64,000 nucleotides of DNA, taken from contig CAWJSK010000015.1 in NCBI GenBank assembly GCA_963845535.1, forward strand, positions 352,001 through 416,000. Reading direction: 5' to 3'. The position numbers and the translations under genes are program-made. Positions 10,368-21,053 of the stretch are shown here, one piece after another (positions within the stretch are counted from its first letter, which is position 1; each line of letters begins with the position of its first letter). The notes under the pieces were generated by a model. The model saw only the letters and a program-made list of their open reading frames with translations. It searched no databases and was not told the origin of the DNA. This stretch comes from an uncultured Spirochaetota bacterium. Its GTDB lineage: Bacteria; Spirochaetota; Spirochaetia; SZUA-6; Fen-1364.

Positions 10368-11220
10368 CAGGTTTCCTTTCTTCATGCCACGGGATGAATT
10401 GCTTGCGGGTGGCGGGCTGGCAGTGGGGGCAGTAGAACGAGTCGTACCCCAGCACGCCCACTCGGCGTATGATTGCGCCGCACACGGGGCACGGCTCTCC
10501 GTTTCTGTTTCGAACGCGCACGTGGTCACGCACTTTGACTTCTATGGGTTGGTTCGCTTTCTCCACTTCCGCGATGCCCCACGCCATGACTTTGCGGACG
10601 CTGTCATAGAGCCTGCGTCTTTCCTCCGCGGACAGGCTGGCGCACGAGGTCTTGGGGTGGATGCCGGCGGCAAAAAGGATCTCATCCGCGTACGCGTTCC
10701 CGATGGCGCTCAGGGCTGCCTGGTCCATGAGGAATACGCGCGCCTGGTGGCGCCTGCCCTGGATGAGGCGATCAAAGGCCTCAAACGTGAAGGCTGGGGA
10801 CAGGATGTCGATCCCTTGCTCAGCGAAGCCCGGGAGGGAGTCGTACGCGCCGGGCGCCGTGAGATACACCTTGCCCATCTTCTTTTCATCCCCGTAGGAA
10901 AGTCGGTTTCCGTCATCAAGGGAAAAGGAGAAGCACGTGCCGGGAAGCTGCTTGTCCTTCCTGTCTGCAATCTGCAGGCGCCCGGCGAGCATGCAGTGCA
11001 TGATGAGCTCCCTGTCCTCCAGGGTGAAGCGGAGGAACGGGCCCCGACGCTCGAGGCTGGTGAAGCTCCGTCCCGTCACGGCCGCCGTGAAACCGCCCGC
11101 GTCCGGGAGGAGCATGCGGATCACGATGGGCTCCTTGATCCTGACCTCCGTTATACGGCGCCCAACGATCCTGGGGGCGAGCTTGGTGACGATGTAGTGA
11201 AGGTCGGGCAGCTCCGGCAC
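10360..11220 (-). CDS. Fpg/Nei family DNA glycosylase/AP lyase
   Basis: N-terminal (M)PELPD, H2TH motif LMDQ..IGNAYADEILF, C-terminal zinc finger CPVC...CPHCQP. Confidence 0.92.
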   Translation of the reverse strand: MPELPDLHYIVTKLAPRIVGRRITEVRIKEPIVIRMLLPDAGGFTAAVTGRSFTSLERRGPFLRFTLEDRELIMHCMLAGRLQIADRKDKQLPGTCFSFSLDDGNRLSYGDEKKMGKVYLTAPGAYDSLPGFAEQGIDILSPAFTFEAFDRLIQGRRHQARVFLMDQAALSAIGNAYADEILFAAGIHPKTSCASLSAEERRRLYDSVRKVMAWGIAEVEKANQPIEVKVRDHVRVRNRNGEPCPVCGAIIRRVGVLGYDSFYCPHCQPATRKQFIPWHEERKPDA

Positions 11221-11303
11221 GCATCGAGTTGAGCGCTAGATTCTCCTCTTGTCAACCACGCGTCTGAGTCTTGTCGCCTGCCGCGCTCGAAGTGGTTGCC
11301 GGT

Positions 11304-11735
11304 TCACAAAGCCTTCAGTGCCGCGGCGTTGAGTGTGCCGATTCCGTCCTTTTTCAGCGCGGCGGCGGCTCTCTCCTTGTCATCGATCTTGCAGATCACG
11401 ATGGCGTTTGCCTTCGTTTTTTCCACGTACGCGTACATGTATTCCACGTTCACGCCGGCGCCCTCCAGCGCGGCAAGCACGCGCGCAAGCCCGCCCGGCT
11501 TGTCCTCCATCTCCACGGCCAGCACCTCGGTCACCTGGGCGATGATCCCGTCCGCTTTCAGCGCGGCCAGGCACGCGTCAGGGTCGTTCACGATGATCCG
11601 AAGCACCCCGAAATCCGCCGTGTCCGCGAGGGAAAGGGCGCGGATGTTCACCGCGCGGGAGGCCAGGAGCCGGGTCACCTCGGCGAGCCTCCCTTTTTTG
11701 TTTTCCAGGAATATCGAGATCTGTCGTACGCTCAT
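11304..11735 (-). CDS. Tandem ACT-domain protein (usually linked to paaK-like ligases)
   Basis: QISIFLENKKGRL, NIRALSLADT.DFG.LR, DKPGGL and NVEYMYA motifs. Confidence 0.92.
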   Translation of the reverse strand: MSVRQISIFLENKKGRLAEVTRLLASRAVNIRALSLADTADFGVLRIIVNDPDACLAALKADGIIAQVTEVLAVEMEDKPGGLARVLAALEGAGVNVEYMYAYVEKTKANAIVICKIDDKERAAAALKKDGIGTLNAAALKAL

Positions 11736-11749
11736 TTCTCCCTCCGGGC

Positions 11750-13048
11750 TTACAGGAGCCTCTTGTCGATGATCCGCTTCGCTTTCCCTTCGCTTCGGGC
11801 AATGCTCTTTGGCTCGACGAGCTTCACGCGCGTGTGGATGTTCAGGCTTGCGTACAGGTCCGCCTCGATTGTGCGCTCCATGTGCTCCAGGCCCTTGATC
11901 TCGTCGGAGAACATCTCCTCATTCATTTCGACCTGTACTTCCAGCTCGTCGAGCTGGTCACGCCGCTCAACCACAAGCTGGTAGTGCGGCTCCACGCCGT
12001 CCACCTTCAGGATGACCTGTTCGATCTGGGACGGGAAGACGTTCACGCCGCGGATGATCAGCATGTCGTCCGTGCGGCCGAGCACCCGGTGCATTCTCAC
12101 CGTGGTTCTCCCGCACGGGCAGGGCGAGCGGTCGAGGTACGTGATGTCACGCGTCCTGTACCGCAAAAGAGGCGTGCCTTCCTTCGTCAGCGTCGTGATG
12201 ACGAGCTCGCCTTTTTCCCCGTCCGGAAGAAGCTTCTCCGTGACAGGGTCGATGATTTCGGGGTAGAAGTGGTCCTCCGAAATATGCAGGCCTCCCTGAT
12301 GCTCGCATTCCGTTGCCACCCCGGGACCGATGATCTCCGTCAGGCCGTAGATGTCGATGGCGAGCGTGTCGAGCTTGTCCTCGATCTCTGCACGCATGCT
12401 TTCGCTCCAGGGCTCGGCGCCGAAGAAACCGGCCTTCAATCCCACGGTGCGCAGGTCGAGGCCTTCTTCCCGTGCGGCCTCCGCAAGGAAAAGCGCGTAG
12501 GACGGGGTACAGGCCAGCACGGTTGACGTGAAGTCCCGGAGTATGGCGAGCTGCCGTTTCGTGTTCCCGCCGGAGATGGGGATGACCGTTGCCCCGATCT
12601 TGCGCGCGCCGTAATGCACTCCCAGCCCGCCGGTGAAAAGGCCGTAGCCGTAGGCGTTCTGGACAATGTCATGCCGCGTTGTCCCCCCGGCCGACAACGT
12701 GCGGGCCATCACCTCGGCCCACGTCTCGATGTCCCCCCGGGTGTAGGCGTCCACCACGGGCTTGCCGGTGGTTCCGGAGGAAGTGTGGATTTCGACGATC
12801 TCGGAAAGCGCCACGGCGAGGAGGCCGTAGGGGTACACGTCCCTCATTTCGTCCTTGGTGGTGAACGGGAGCTTCCCGATGTCGCAGATTCCCTGGACGT
12901 CCTGCGGCTTGACGCCGCGCTTCTCCATTTTTCTGCGGTAGAACGGGACGCGCCGGTAAAGCGCGTCGGCAAGCCTGCCCAGCCGCTCACCGTGCAGCTT
13001 TGTCATCTCGGGCCGGGAGAGAGTTTCGAAATCGGGATTCCAGATCAT
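11750..13048 (-). CDS. paaK: Phenylacetate--CoA ligase family protein
   Basis: [40 protein letters not shown] and [16 protein letters not shown] motifs; GGAGGT SD before ATG 13048. Confidence 0.93.
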   Translation of the reverse strand: MIWNPDFETLSRPEMTKLHGERLGRLADALYRRVPFYRRKMEKRGVKPQDVQGICDIGKLPFTTKDEMRDVYPYGLLAVALSEIVEIHTSSGTTGKPVVDAYTRGDIETWAEVMARTLSAGGTTRHDIVQNAYGYGLFTGGLGVHYGARKIGATVIPISGGNTKRQLAILRDFTSTVLACTPSYALFLAEAAREEGLDLRTVGLKAGFFGAEPWSESMRAEIEDKLDTLAIDIYGLTEIIGPGVATECEHQGGLHISEDHFYPEIIDPVTEKLLPDGEKGELVITTLTKEGTPLLRYRTRDITYLDRSPCPCGRTTVRMHRVLGRTDDMLIIRGVNVFPSQIEQVILKVDGVEPHYQLVVERRDQLDELEVQVEMNEEMFSDEIKGLEHMERTIEADLYASLNIHTRVKLVEPKSIARSEGKAKRIIDKRLL

Positions 13049-13217
13049 CGACGATGTACCTCCGTTTCGAAGATTTGCTTCTGCCGAAGGGGATGGCTTG
13101 CTCACGGTGTATACCGTACGCCCCCCTCCTGCAAGAAGAATGTTGGGGGGACAGAATCTGCAGTGGCTCGAGGTTTGCAGGCTTGGCTCAAAATTGATGA
13201 AAATCTGGATTTTTTTG

Positions 13218-13246
13218 TTGCAAGAATATCAATATTCGGTTAAAAA
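13218..13246 (+). promoter_or_regulatory. Candidate promoter with a palindromic operator GAATAT-CA-ATATTC in its spacer
   Basis: TTGCAA(13218-23)-N17-TAAAAA in an AT-rich island between divergent paaK and ROK genes; inverted repeat at 13224-13237. Confidence 0.45.
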
Positions 13247-13269
13247 TTTGCTTTAAGGATGGCGGAATC

Positions 13270-14490
13270 ATAAAAGGTCATAAACAAGTTAGGGTCCTTC
13301 AATCTATATTCTTTCTCAAGTCTCCAACAAGAGGGGAAATTGCGCTTCGCACCGGGATCAGCCCGGTTTCCATAACAGCGCTCTTGAACAAGCTGCTGCA
13401 ACAGGGGCTCGTCGAGCGGGCCGGTAAGACACAGAACAGGAGCGGCAGGCCGTCATCCATTTATCGTCTTTCCTCCTCCGTGGGTTACTCCCTCGGGGTT
13501 TCCGTGGACACCTCGAGCTTCAGGATCACCGCGGTGGACCCCATGCGCACGGTGCTTTGGGAAGGCGAGTTCCCTCTCACCCTCTCCTCAACCCCTGCGG
13601 ACCATCTCAACGACATCACCCGCCAGATCTCCGTCGAGCTCAAGAGAGCCATGAGCTCGCCCGTCCTCCTGGAGAGGCGGCCCCTGGCAATCGGGCTGTC
13701 CATGCCGGGCATGGTGGACACGGAGAGGGGGATCTGGCTGCAAGGGCTGCGGGTGTCGGGGATCACCCACATCCCGCTTCGAACGATCATGGAAAGGGCC
13801 TTCGGCCTGCCGGTTGTCGTGGAGCACCCCGCGCGTTGCCTCGCCTTCCTGACGGCGGAGCGGCGTTGGCCTCAGGGCGCGGCGGACCTCGTCTACCTCT
13901 TCCTCGGCTCGGGGGTCGGGACCGCCGTCATCATCGGTGACGAGCCGTACCTGGGCTCGCGCGGCCTGGCGGGGGAGGTCGGCCACCTCGTGGTGGAAGC
14001 GGAGGGTGAGCGCTGCACCTGTGGGAACGTCGGGTGCCTGGAGACGGTGGTATCCCGGCCCAGCATCCTCAGACGGTTCCAGCGGCGGCTCTCCGAAGGG
14101 GTCATATCGAGTCTCCAGTACTTCGCGGAAAAAGGCGTGGCCCTGACCCTGGAGGCAATCCGGGAGGCCGCGCTCTCCGGGGACCGGCTGGCCCGGTCAA
14201 CGCTCTATGAGATTGGCACGTTCCTCGGAGACGCGTGCTGCAAGATCGTCACGCTGTTCAATCCCGGGGCTCTCGTCATTGGCGGGCCCGCGGCGACGTT
14301 CGGGGAGTTCCTCCGGGAGCCTATCTGGACCACCATCCGCCGAAAGGTGATCCCCGAGATACTGGAAGGCCTCACTCTGGAGGTCGTCACGTCCGAGCCT
14401 CGTGATGAGGCAATGGGCGCGGCGCTCCTTGCGGAACGCAGATTCTGGAAAACGGCGCCGCCGGTGCGTTTCAGCGCACCGGCCCCATGA
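13270..14490 (+). CDS. ROK family transcriptional regulator (start uncertain)
   Basis: GRP, MPGMVD, GSGVG and GEVGH..CTCGNVGCLETV motifs. The frame is open upstream of TTG 13384 and encodes the HTH (TRGEIALRTGISPVSITALLNKL), but has no canonical in-frame start. Confidence 0.88.
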   Translation: MKGHKQVRVLQSIFFLKSPTRGEIALRTGISPVSITALLNKLLQQGLVERAGKTQNRSGRPSSIYRLSSSVGYSLGVSVDTSSFRITAVDPMRTVLWEGEFPLTLSSTPADHLNDITRQISVELKRAMSSPVLLERRPLAIGLSMPGMVDTERGIWLQGLRVSGITHIPLRTIMERAFGLPVVVEHPARCLAFLTAERRWPQGAADLVYLFLGSGVGTAVIIGDEPYLGSRGLAGEVGHLVVEAEGERCTCGNVGCLETVVSRPSILRRFQRRLSEGVISSLQYFAEKGVALTLEAIREAALSGDRLARSTLYEIGTFLGDACCKIVTLFNPGALVIGGPAATFGEFLREPIWTTIRRKVIPEILEGLTLEVVTSEPRDEAMGAALLAERRFWKTAPPVRFSAPAP

Positions 14491-15241
14491 GGCAGCGGTC
14501 CGGCAGGAGATCGAAAATCGGGTTTCCGTCATTGCGGCTGAACCCCACGTGGGAATGGCGCCGCCAGCCCTCTGCGAAACGATAGCGGCCCGACATCCCG
14601 CCAACAGCCAGAGCCGCCTCCCGCATCGTTCTCAGGTACGAATCGAACCCTTGCGTCGCATCCAGCCATTCCTTCTGGCTCGCGTGGCAGGCAAGCAGCT
14701 TTTCCTTTTCGGATATCACCTCCGTTATGTCCACGTACATCTCCGAGACGACTGGCCTCCGCATCATATCCGTAAGGATGTGGGGAGTGGAGTGGTACAG
14801 CATGACGTCGTGGAGCGTCGCCGGCTCCGCAGGAATGGACTCGTAGTTTTTCACGCCGCGCAGGAAAGACGCCGTGACGGTGATCCGGGCCGTGTTCATG
14901 TGGTCTTCCATGTAGTCTTCGGGAGACATGGCAAGAATGATGTCCGGCTTCACCTGCCGCACCACGGCCGTGACCCGGCGAATGAGGTCCTGCACGTAGA
15001 AGACCTCGAGGTCATCCACGAGGCTCTCATGAAAGACCGCGCCCAGGAGCGCCGCGGCCTTCATGGCCTCCTTCTTCCGGACCGCGGCGGCTTCCGCCGG
15101 GTCCATTGTCGAGCTTCCCGCGCATCCGTTGGCGACGTTGATATAATGGATATCGCATCCGGCCCGCTTGAGGAGAAGGGCCGTGCCCGCCATCATGAAC
15201 TCAGCGTCATCAGGGTGGCAGGAGATGATGAGGACAGTCAT
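14471..15241 (-). CDS. PIG-L/LmbE family deacetylase
   Basis: CHPDDAE, R..EA..AA..LG and EDH metal-binding motifs. Confidence 0.9.
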   Translation of the reverse strand: MTVLIISCHPDDAEFMMAGTALLLKRAGCDIHYINVANGCAGSSTMDPAEAAAVRKKEAMKAAALLGAVFHESLVDDLEVFYVQDLIRRVTAVVRQVKPDIILAMSPEDYMEDHMNTARITVTASFLRGVKNYESIPAEPATLHDVMLYHSTPHILTDMMRRPVVSEMYVDITEVISEKEKLLACHASQKEWLDATQGFDSYLRTMREAALAVGGMSGRYRFAEGWRRHSHVGFSRNDGNPIFDLLPDRCLMGPVR

Positions 15242-15370
15242 AGGGCGAGTTTCCCGACCGCTGCCATTCGAGTCAAGAACGGACGGAGCGCGTCTCAAGA
15301 CGGAGCGCACTCCTCCCCTTTGAAGTCCGCCCCCGGCTCTGATATACAGAGGGGCTGAAGGAGGTGCTCG

Positions 15371-17542
15371 TTGGCCACAACGCCATTTTGTGATCCCGAC
15401 CTGCCGCTCGAGGAGCGCCTTCGCGACCTCATGAGCCGTATGACCCTTCCCGAGAAGGTGTCTCAGATGGTCTATGAATCCCCTGCAATCCCCCGCCTGG
15501 GAATTCCTGAATACAACTGGTGGAACGAAGGGCTGCACGGCGTGGGGCGCGCGGGCATAGCGACCGTGTTCCCGCAGGCCATCGGCCTGGCCGCGGCGTT
15601 CGACCCCGGGCTGGTGGGGCAGATCGCCGTAGCGGTGTCAGGTGAGGCCAGGGCGAAGCACCACGAGTACGCCCGCCAGGGGTACCGGCGCCAGTACCAC
15701 GGGCTCACGCTCTGGAGCCCGAACGTCAACATCTTCCGTGATCCGCGCTGGGGCCGCGGCCAGGAAACCTACGGGGAAGACCCATATTTGAGCGGCAGGC
15801 TGGGCGTGGCGTTCATCAAGGGAATCCAGGGGGATGACCCGCGTTACGTGAAGGTTGCCGCCACCCCCAAGCACTTCGCCGTGCACAGCGGGCCCGAGGC
15901 CCTTCGTCATCACTTCGACGCCCGCGTGAGCGCACGGGACTTGCGGGAAACCTATCTTCCTGCGTTTCGCGACTGCGTCACGGAAGGGGGCGCGGAGTCC
16001 GTCATGGGAGCGTACAACCGGACAAACGGCGAGCCGTGCTGCGCCAGCCCGACTCTGCTCAGCCGGATCCTCCGCGGGGAGTGGGGCTTTGCCGGCTTTG
16101 TCGTCTCCGACTGCGGCGCTATTTTCGACTTTCACGCGCATCACACCGTAACGAGCACTCCCGAGCAATCCGCCGCGCTCGCCGTGAAAAGCGGCTGCGA
16201 CCTGGAGTGCGGCCGCGTCTATCCCGCTCTCGTGGAGGCGGTGAGCAAGGGCCTGATCACCGAAGCTGACATCGACATCGCCCTGGCCCGCCTTCTCAGG
16301 ATCCGCATCCGCCTGGGCATGTTTGATCCTCCCGAAAGAGTGCCCTACGCATCCATTCCCTACGACACGGTCGACTGCACGGAGCACAGGACCCTGGCGC
16401 TGAACGCGGCCCGCGAATCCATCGTTTTGTTGAAGAACCAGGACGGCTTGCTGCCGTTGCGCAAGGACCTGGGTTGCATTGCCGTCATAGGACCCAACGC
16501 GGATGACCGCGAGGCGCTCCTGGGCAACTACAACGGCCAACCCTCCAGATCAGTCACGATCCTCGAGGGCATCAGGACCGCGGTGGGACCGGGGACGCGC
16601 GTGCTCTTTGCCCAGGGCTCCGACATCCAGAAAGACCAGGACTCCATCTGGGGCGAAAAAGCTGATGACGGGTTCGGGGAGGCCCTGGCGGCAGCGGACA
16701 GGGCGGACGTGGTGATCCTTGTGCTCGGCCTGAACAACCGCCTGGAAGGGGAGGAGGGGTCCGCCCTCCAGTCCCAGTGGCAAGGGGACAGGATCTCGAT
16801 CGAGCTGCCTTCCATCCAGAGGAAGCTTTTCAACGCCGTGGCGGCCAAGGGAAAGCCTATGGTCCTTGTCCTGCTCACCGGCGGCTCGCTCGCGCTGTCA
16901 CGGGAAGACGAGCTTTCCAGGGCCGTTGTCCTGGCCTGGTATCCAGGTGAGGAGGGAGGGCGCGCCGTGGCAGACGTGCTCTTCGGGGACTGCTGCCCCA
17001 GCGGCCGGCTGCCGGTGACCTGGGTCAGATCTACGGACCAATTGCCGCCTTTCACCGACTACGCCATGAAGGGCCGGACCTACCGCTATTTCGAGGGGGA
17101 CCCCCTGTACCCGTTTGGATACGGCCTTTCCTACACCGCCTTTGGTTACGCCAACGTGACGATGGAAAAGCCGGCCGTGCGGGCAGGTGAGCAGATTGCC
17201 GTCTCGGTGGACGTAACCAACACCGGCTCTCGGGAAGGTGAGGAGATTGTCCAGCTTTACCTGAGCTGGCCTTCCGCGCCTTTCTCCCCGCCTCTGCGAC
17301 AGCTTGCCGGCTTCAAGCGGGTGGCACTCGCGCCGGGCCAGACCAGCCGGGTGTCTTTTGTCGTCACGGAGCGGCTGATGAGCCTCGTGGATGACGAAGG
17401 AAGCAGGGCCGTCCTCCCGGGGCGGATACAGGTCACCGTGGGCGGGCGCCAGCCGGATCGTCGCAGCGAGGAGTTGACGGGGACCACGGTTTTGGAGGCC
17501 GAGCTGGAAGTGACCGGGAGCCGCCGCGAGCTTTTGCCTTGA
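15371..17542 (+). CDS. GH3 beta-xylosidase/beta-glucosidase (no signal peptide)
   Basis: WWNEGLHG, SPNVNIFRDPRWGRGQETYGEDP, KHFAVH, VSDCG, YPFGYGLSY motifs and an Fn3-like C-terminus; GGAGGT SD. Confidence 0.95.
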   Translation: MATTPFCDPDLPLEERLRDLMSRMTLPEKVSQMVYESPAIPRLGIPEYNWWNEGLHGVGRAGIATVFPQAIGLAAAFDPGLVGQIAVAVSGEARAKHHEYARQGYRRQYHGLTLWSPNVNIFRDPRWGRGQETYGEDPYLSGRLGVAFIKGIQGDDPRYVKVAATPKHFAVHSGPEALRHHFDARVSARDLRETYLPAFRDCVTEGGAESVMGAYNRTNGEPCCASPTLLSRILRGEWGFAGFVVSDCGAIFDFHAHHTVTSTPEQSAALAVKSGCDLECGRVYPALVEAVSKGLITEADIDIALARLLRIRIRLGMFDPPERVPYASIPYDTVDCTEHRTLALNAARESIVLLKNQDGLLPLRKDLGCIAVIGPNADDREALLGNYNGQPSRSVTILEGIRTAVGPGTRVLFAQGSDIQKDQDSIWGEKADDGFGEALAAADRADVVILVLGLNNRLEGEEGSALQSQWQGDRISIELPSIQRKLFNAVAAKGKPMVLVLLTGGSLALSREDELSRAVVLAWYPGEEGGRAVADVLFGDCCPSGRLPVTWVRSTDQLPPFTDYAMKGRTYRYFEGDPLYPFGYGLSYTAFGYANVTMEKPAVRAGEQIAVSVDVTNTGSREGEEIVQLYLSWPSAPFSPPLRQLAGFKRVALAPGQTSRVSFVVTERLMSLVDDEGSRAVLPGRIQVTVGGRQPDRRSEELTGTTVLEAELEVTGSRRELLP

Positions 17543-17567
17543 TGGGCCGGGTGTGATGGGCCGGGTG
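17540..17567. repeat. Perfect 14-bp tandem duplication TGATGGGCCGGGTG including the GH3 stop codon
   Basis: Copies at 17540-17553 and 17554-17567. Confidence 0.85.
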
Positions 17568-17681
17568 TTGACGGTCCAGCTATAGGCAGTTTGACCTATA
17601 CCGACCCGGCAACGGCTCCGAACCAGGGAACCGAGCTTCAGCCTGTTTCACCTGCACGCCTGAGGGAGTACGGTGGGAGGA

Positions 17682-18722
17682 ATGAGTGGAGCTCCCCGGG
17701 CTTTTGTGCCGTCACTTGCCGCGGTGTATCAATCGCATTTTCCCATCGGCGCCGCGGTGGAGCCGGAGACGCTCGTCACCCAGGGTGAGCTGCTCGCGGC
17801 GCAAGTGAACAGCCTCGTCGCAGAGAATGCCATGAAGTGGGAGCGCATCCATCCCTTGCGCGGGGAGGGCGATTCCTCCTTCGACTTCGCGGCGGCTGAC
17901 GCAATCGTGGCTTTTGCCCGCGACCATGGGATGCGCGTTCGCGGCCACACCCTCGTCTGGCACAACCAGGTGCCCGGCTGGGTGTTCCAGGGAAGCGCCG
18001 GGCCGGCCACGAAGCGCGAGCTGCTTTCCCGGTTGGAAGCCCATATCGCCATGCTCCTTGCCCATTTTCAGGGCGAGGTCTACTGTTGGGACGTCGTGAA
18101 TGAGGCAATATCGGACGCAACTGGTGACTGGCGGACGGACAGTCCCTGGCACCGATTGGCGGGGTCCGATCACGGAGCAGATGGCATCCCCGGCTACATT
18201 GAGAAAGCGTTCCGGTGCGCGCGCGCTGCTGACCCGGCCGCCAGGCTTTTTTACAACGACTACGGCATTGAAACCGCAGGCAAGCTGGAGAAGGCATTGA
18301 GCCTGGTGAAGGCCCTCGCGGCCCAAGGGCTCATTGACGGCGTCGGGATCCAGGGGCATTGGTCCGTGTTCGGTCCTGATGCGGAAACAGTCAGACGCGC
18401 CGTCACGAGCTTCGCCTCACTCGGGGTGGAGGTGCAGATCACGGAGCTGGATGTCTCCCTGTTTCGATGGGGGGACAGCTCCACAGCCCAGGAACCCGGA
18501 CCCGACCTCCTCCGCCAACAAGCCGCGAGGTACGGATCATACTTCCGAGTGTTTCGGGAAGAAGCTGCCGCGCATCGGCTCACCGGCGTGACTTTCTGGG
18601 GTATTGCGGACGACCATACCTGGCTCGACTCTTTTCCGGTGAAGGGGAGAAAGGACTGGCCGCTTCTCTTTGACGTCCGCCACAAACCCAAGGACGCTTT
18701 CTGGAACGTGGCCTCGTGGTGA
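17682..18722 (+). CDS. GH10 endo-1,4-beta-xylanase, predicted cytoplasmic
   Basis: ENAMKW, RGHTLVWHNQ, WDVVNEA (acid/base), YNDY, GIQGH, ITELD (nucleophile) and TFWG motifs; GGAGG SD; no signal peptide. Confidence 0.95.
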   Translation: MSGAPRAFVPSLAAVYQSHFPIGAAVEPETLVTQGELLAAQVNSLVAENAMKWERIHPLRGEGDSSFDFAAADAIVAFARDHGMRVRGHTLVWHNQVPGWVFQGSAGPATKRELLSRLEAHIAMLLAHFQGEVYCWDVVNEAISDATGDWRTDSPWHRLAGSDHGADGIPGYIEKAFRCARAADPAARLFYNDYGIETAGKLEKALSLVKALAAQGLIDGVGIQGHWSVFGPDAETVRRAVTSFASLGVEVQITELDVSLFRWGDSSTAQEPGPDLLRQQAARYGSYFRVFREEAAAHRLTGVTFWGIADDHTWLDSFPVKGRKDWPLLFDVRHKPKDAFWNVASW

Positions 18723-21053
18723 AAAAGCACTCGGCTTCCCGCGTGATCGGCGTTTTTGCCGCGCAACTGGATGACGCGTACCAGACCGCCCTCTGGCGGG
18801 GCATTCAGACCCGCGCCCGCAGCCGTGGAGTCGGGGTCGTGTGCTTCCTCGGGCACCGCATCGGCTCTCCCATCGAGTCGGAGGCCGCGGCGAACGCAGC
18901 GTTCGGGATCGCGGACAGCACGAGCATTGACGGCCTGATCATCGTCTCCAGCGTCATAGCGACGTTCCTGGATTCTTCCGGGCTCGGGAAGCTTTTTGCC
19001 TCCCGGCGCGGAATGCCCCAGGTGTCCGTGGGCTTGCGCGTGCCCGGGGTTACCAGCGTCACCGTTGACGGCTCCAACGCGGTGGCTTCCCTGGTGGACC
19101 ACCTTGCCCGTCGTCCATGGGCGCACGAGGTTTGCCGTGATCGGCGGACCCGCCGGCCACGCGGAAGCCGAGCAGAGGATGAAGGCGTTCCATGCCGCTC
19201 TCGGGACGGCAGGGCTCACCTGTGATCCATCTCTCGTTGCACTCGGCACGTTCCTGAGGGACTCGGGCGAGCAGGCTGCCCGTGACATCATTGGCTCCGG
19301 GAAGCGCTTTGACGCGCTTGTCTGCATGAACGACAGCATGGCTTTGGGCGCCATGGACGTCCTGCGCGCGGCCGGCCTGCGCGTGCCTGAGGACGTGGCA
19401 GTCGTCGGGTTCGACGGGATCGAGGAGTCCGGCGTCGTGACGCCGCCGCTTACCACGGTCCGTCAGCCCCTTGACGAGGTGGGGGCTGCCGCCACCGACG
19501 CTCTCCTGGACTTGATGGACACCGGCGCGGCATGTGACCGCGCGCTCGCCTGTGAGCCGGTCATTCGGCAGTCCTGCGGGTGCCCGCCCCGCAGAGGCTA
19601 TGATCCCGGCCGCTCCGAGATTCCTCGTGACGCCACCGTGCTGGAGCGCACGGCAATTGCCGAGCTGACCGCCGCCGCTGGCTCGCCGGAGCCCTTCATT
19701 GCCCGACTCAGCTCGGCGCTTTCCGACACCATCCTCGCCGGCGGCCGTCCCAGCGCCTGGCGTGAGTACGTGTCCGTAATCAGGCATTCTGCCTCTTTGC
19801 CGGAAGACCTGTTCGAGTTCGCGCTCGTGATAATCGGGTACGCGGAAAACCGTCTCGAGGCAGCCCAGCGCGTGGCCGCGGAGGAAAGGCTTGCAACTCT
19901 TCGCGCAATCAGCTCGAGCCTCGCGGGCGCTTTCGAGATGCCGCTCATGCTCTCCCGCCTGGAGACAGGGCTCAGGCGGCTGGGCATCGGCGGCTGCTAC
20001 CTCGCTCTTTTCGAGCCCTTGGGATGGTCGCGGCTGGTCATGGTCCCGCGCGCCAGCTCCGCCCCGACGCCTTTGCCTCCGCGGGGGATCCGGTTTCGCA
20101 CGCACCGGCTCCTTCCTCCCCGGGTCGGCTCATCGTGGCGGGACGCCGTGTGGGTGCTCGAGCCGCTCGTGTTCCAGACCGAGCCGCTGGGCTATATCCT
20201 CCTCCCTCTTGGCGTGCCCGAGCCCGCGGTCTATGACACGCTCCGCCAGCAGGTTTCCAGCGCGCTCAAGGGAGCGCTCCTCCTGGACCAGGTGCGCTCC
20301 CACGAGAGGCGCCTGGAAGCGGAAGTGGAGCGGCGCACGGCGGAGCTGACCCGGGCCAACAGGGAATTGACCCGGGAGATCGAGCGGCGCAAGGGGCTGG
20401 AGCAGGAAGTCATCGAGATCTCCAACCTGACGATGCAGAGGATCGGGCAGGATCTCCACGACGATCTGTGCCAGCATCTCGCGGGAATAGCGATGTATGC
20501 ATCCGTCCTTCGGGGAGGGCTCTCCGCGCAGGATCACGCCGCCGTGGAATCCATCGAGCAGATCGGGAACCTCCTGGCGGATTCCATCACGCGGACCAAG
20601 CAGATCGCGCGCGGGCTGTATCCGGCGGGACTGGAGGAGCACGGGCTGGCCGCGGCCGTGGAGGAGCTGGTGGAAGCGGCGCGCCGAAGCCACCCCGCGA
20701 CCATCGACCTCCGAGTCTCCCCCGATTTTCTGCTCCCGGACACGGACCGGGCTCTTCAGGTGTATCGCATCCTGCAGGAGGCGCTCTCCAACGCGCTGAA
20801 GCACTCGCGGTCGGACCGCATCGAGGTGAGGCTGTACCGCGAGCCGCGCGGCGGCAACGGGACGGGCCCGGTGATCATTGCCGAAGTCTCTGATTACGGC
20901 GCCGGGATCCCGGCCCGCGTCACCGGGAACGGCATGGGTCTGCGGATCATGCGCTACCGGGCGGCCACCGCGGGCGCGGAGCTTCGCATTGAAAGCCTGG
21001 AGCCGGGGACCCGCGTATCCTGCCGCATGGGCGTCGGGGAGAAGGAGGCCTGA
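18719..21053 (+). CDS. Soluble histidine kinase with an N-terminal LacI/GalR-type sugar-binding domain (frameshift at ~19107-19109)
   Basis: LacI-core motifs (DGLII, NDSMALG, RVPEDVAVVGFD, PPLTTVRQP, IRQSCGC) without an HTH, then HisKA_3 RIGQDLHDDLCQ, ILQEALSNALKH, DYGAG and GMGL. Removing one C from CCC 19107-09 joins the ORFs as VDHLAVVHGRTRF. Confidence 0.87.
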
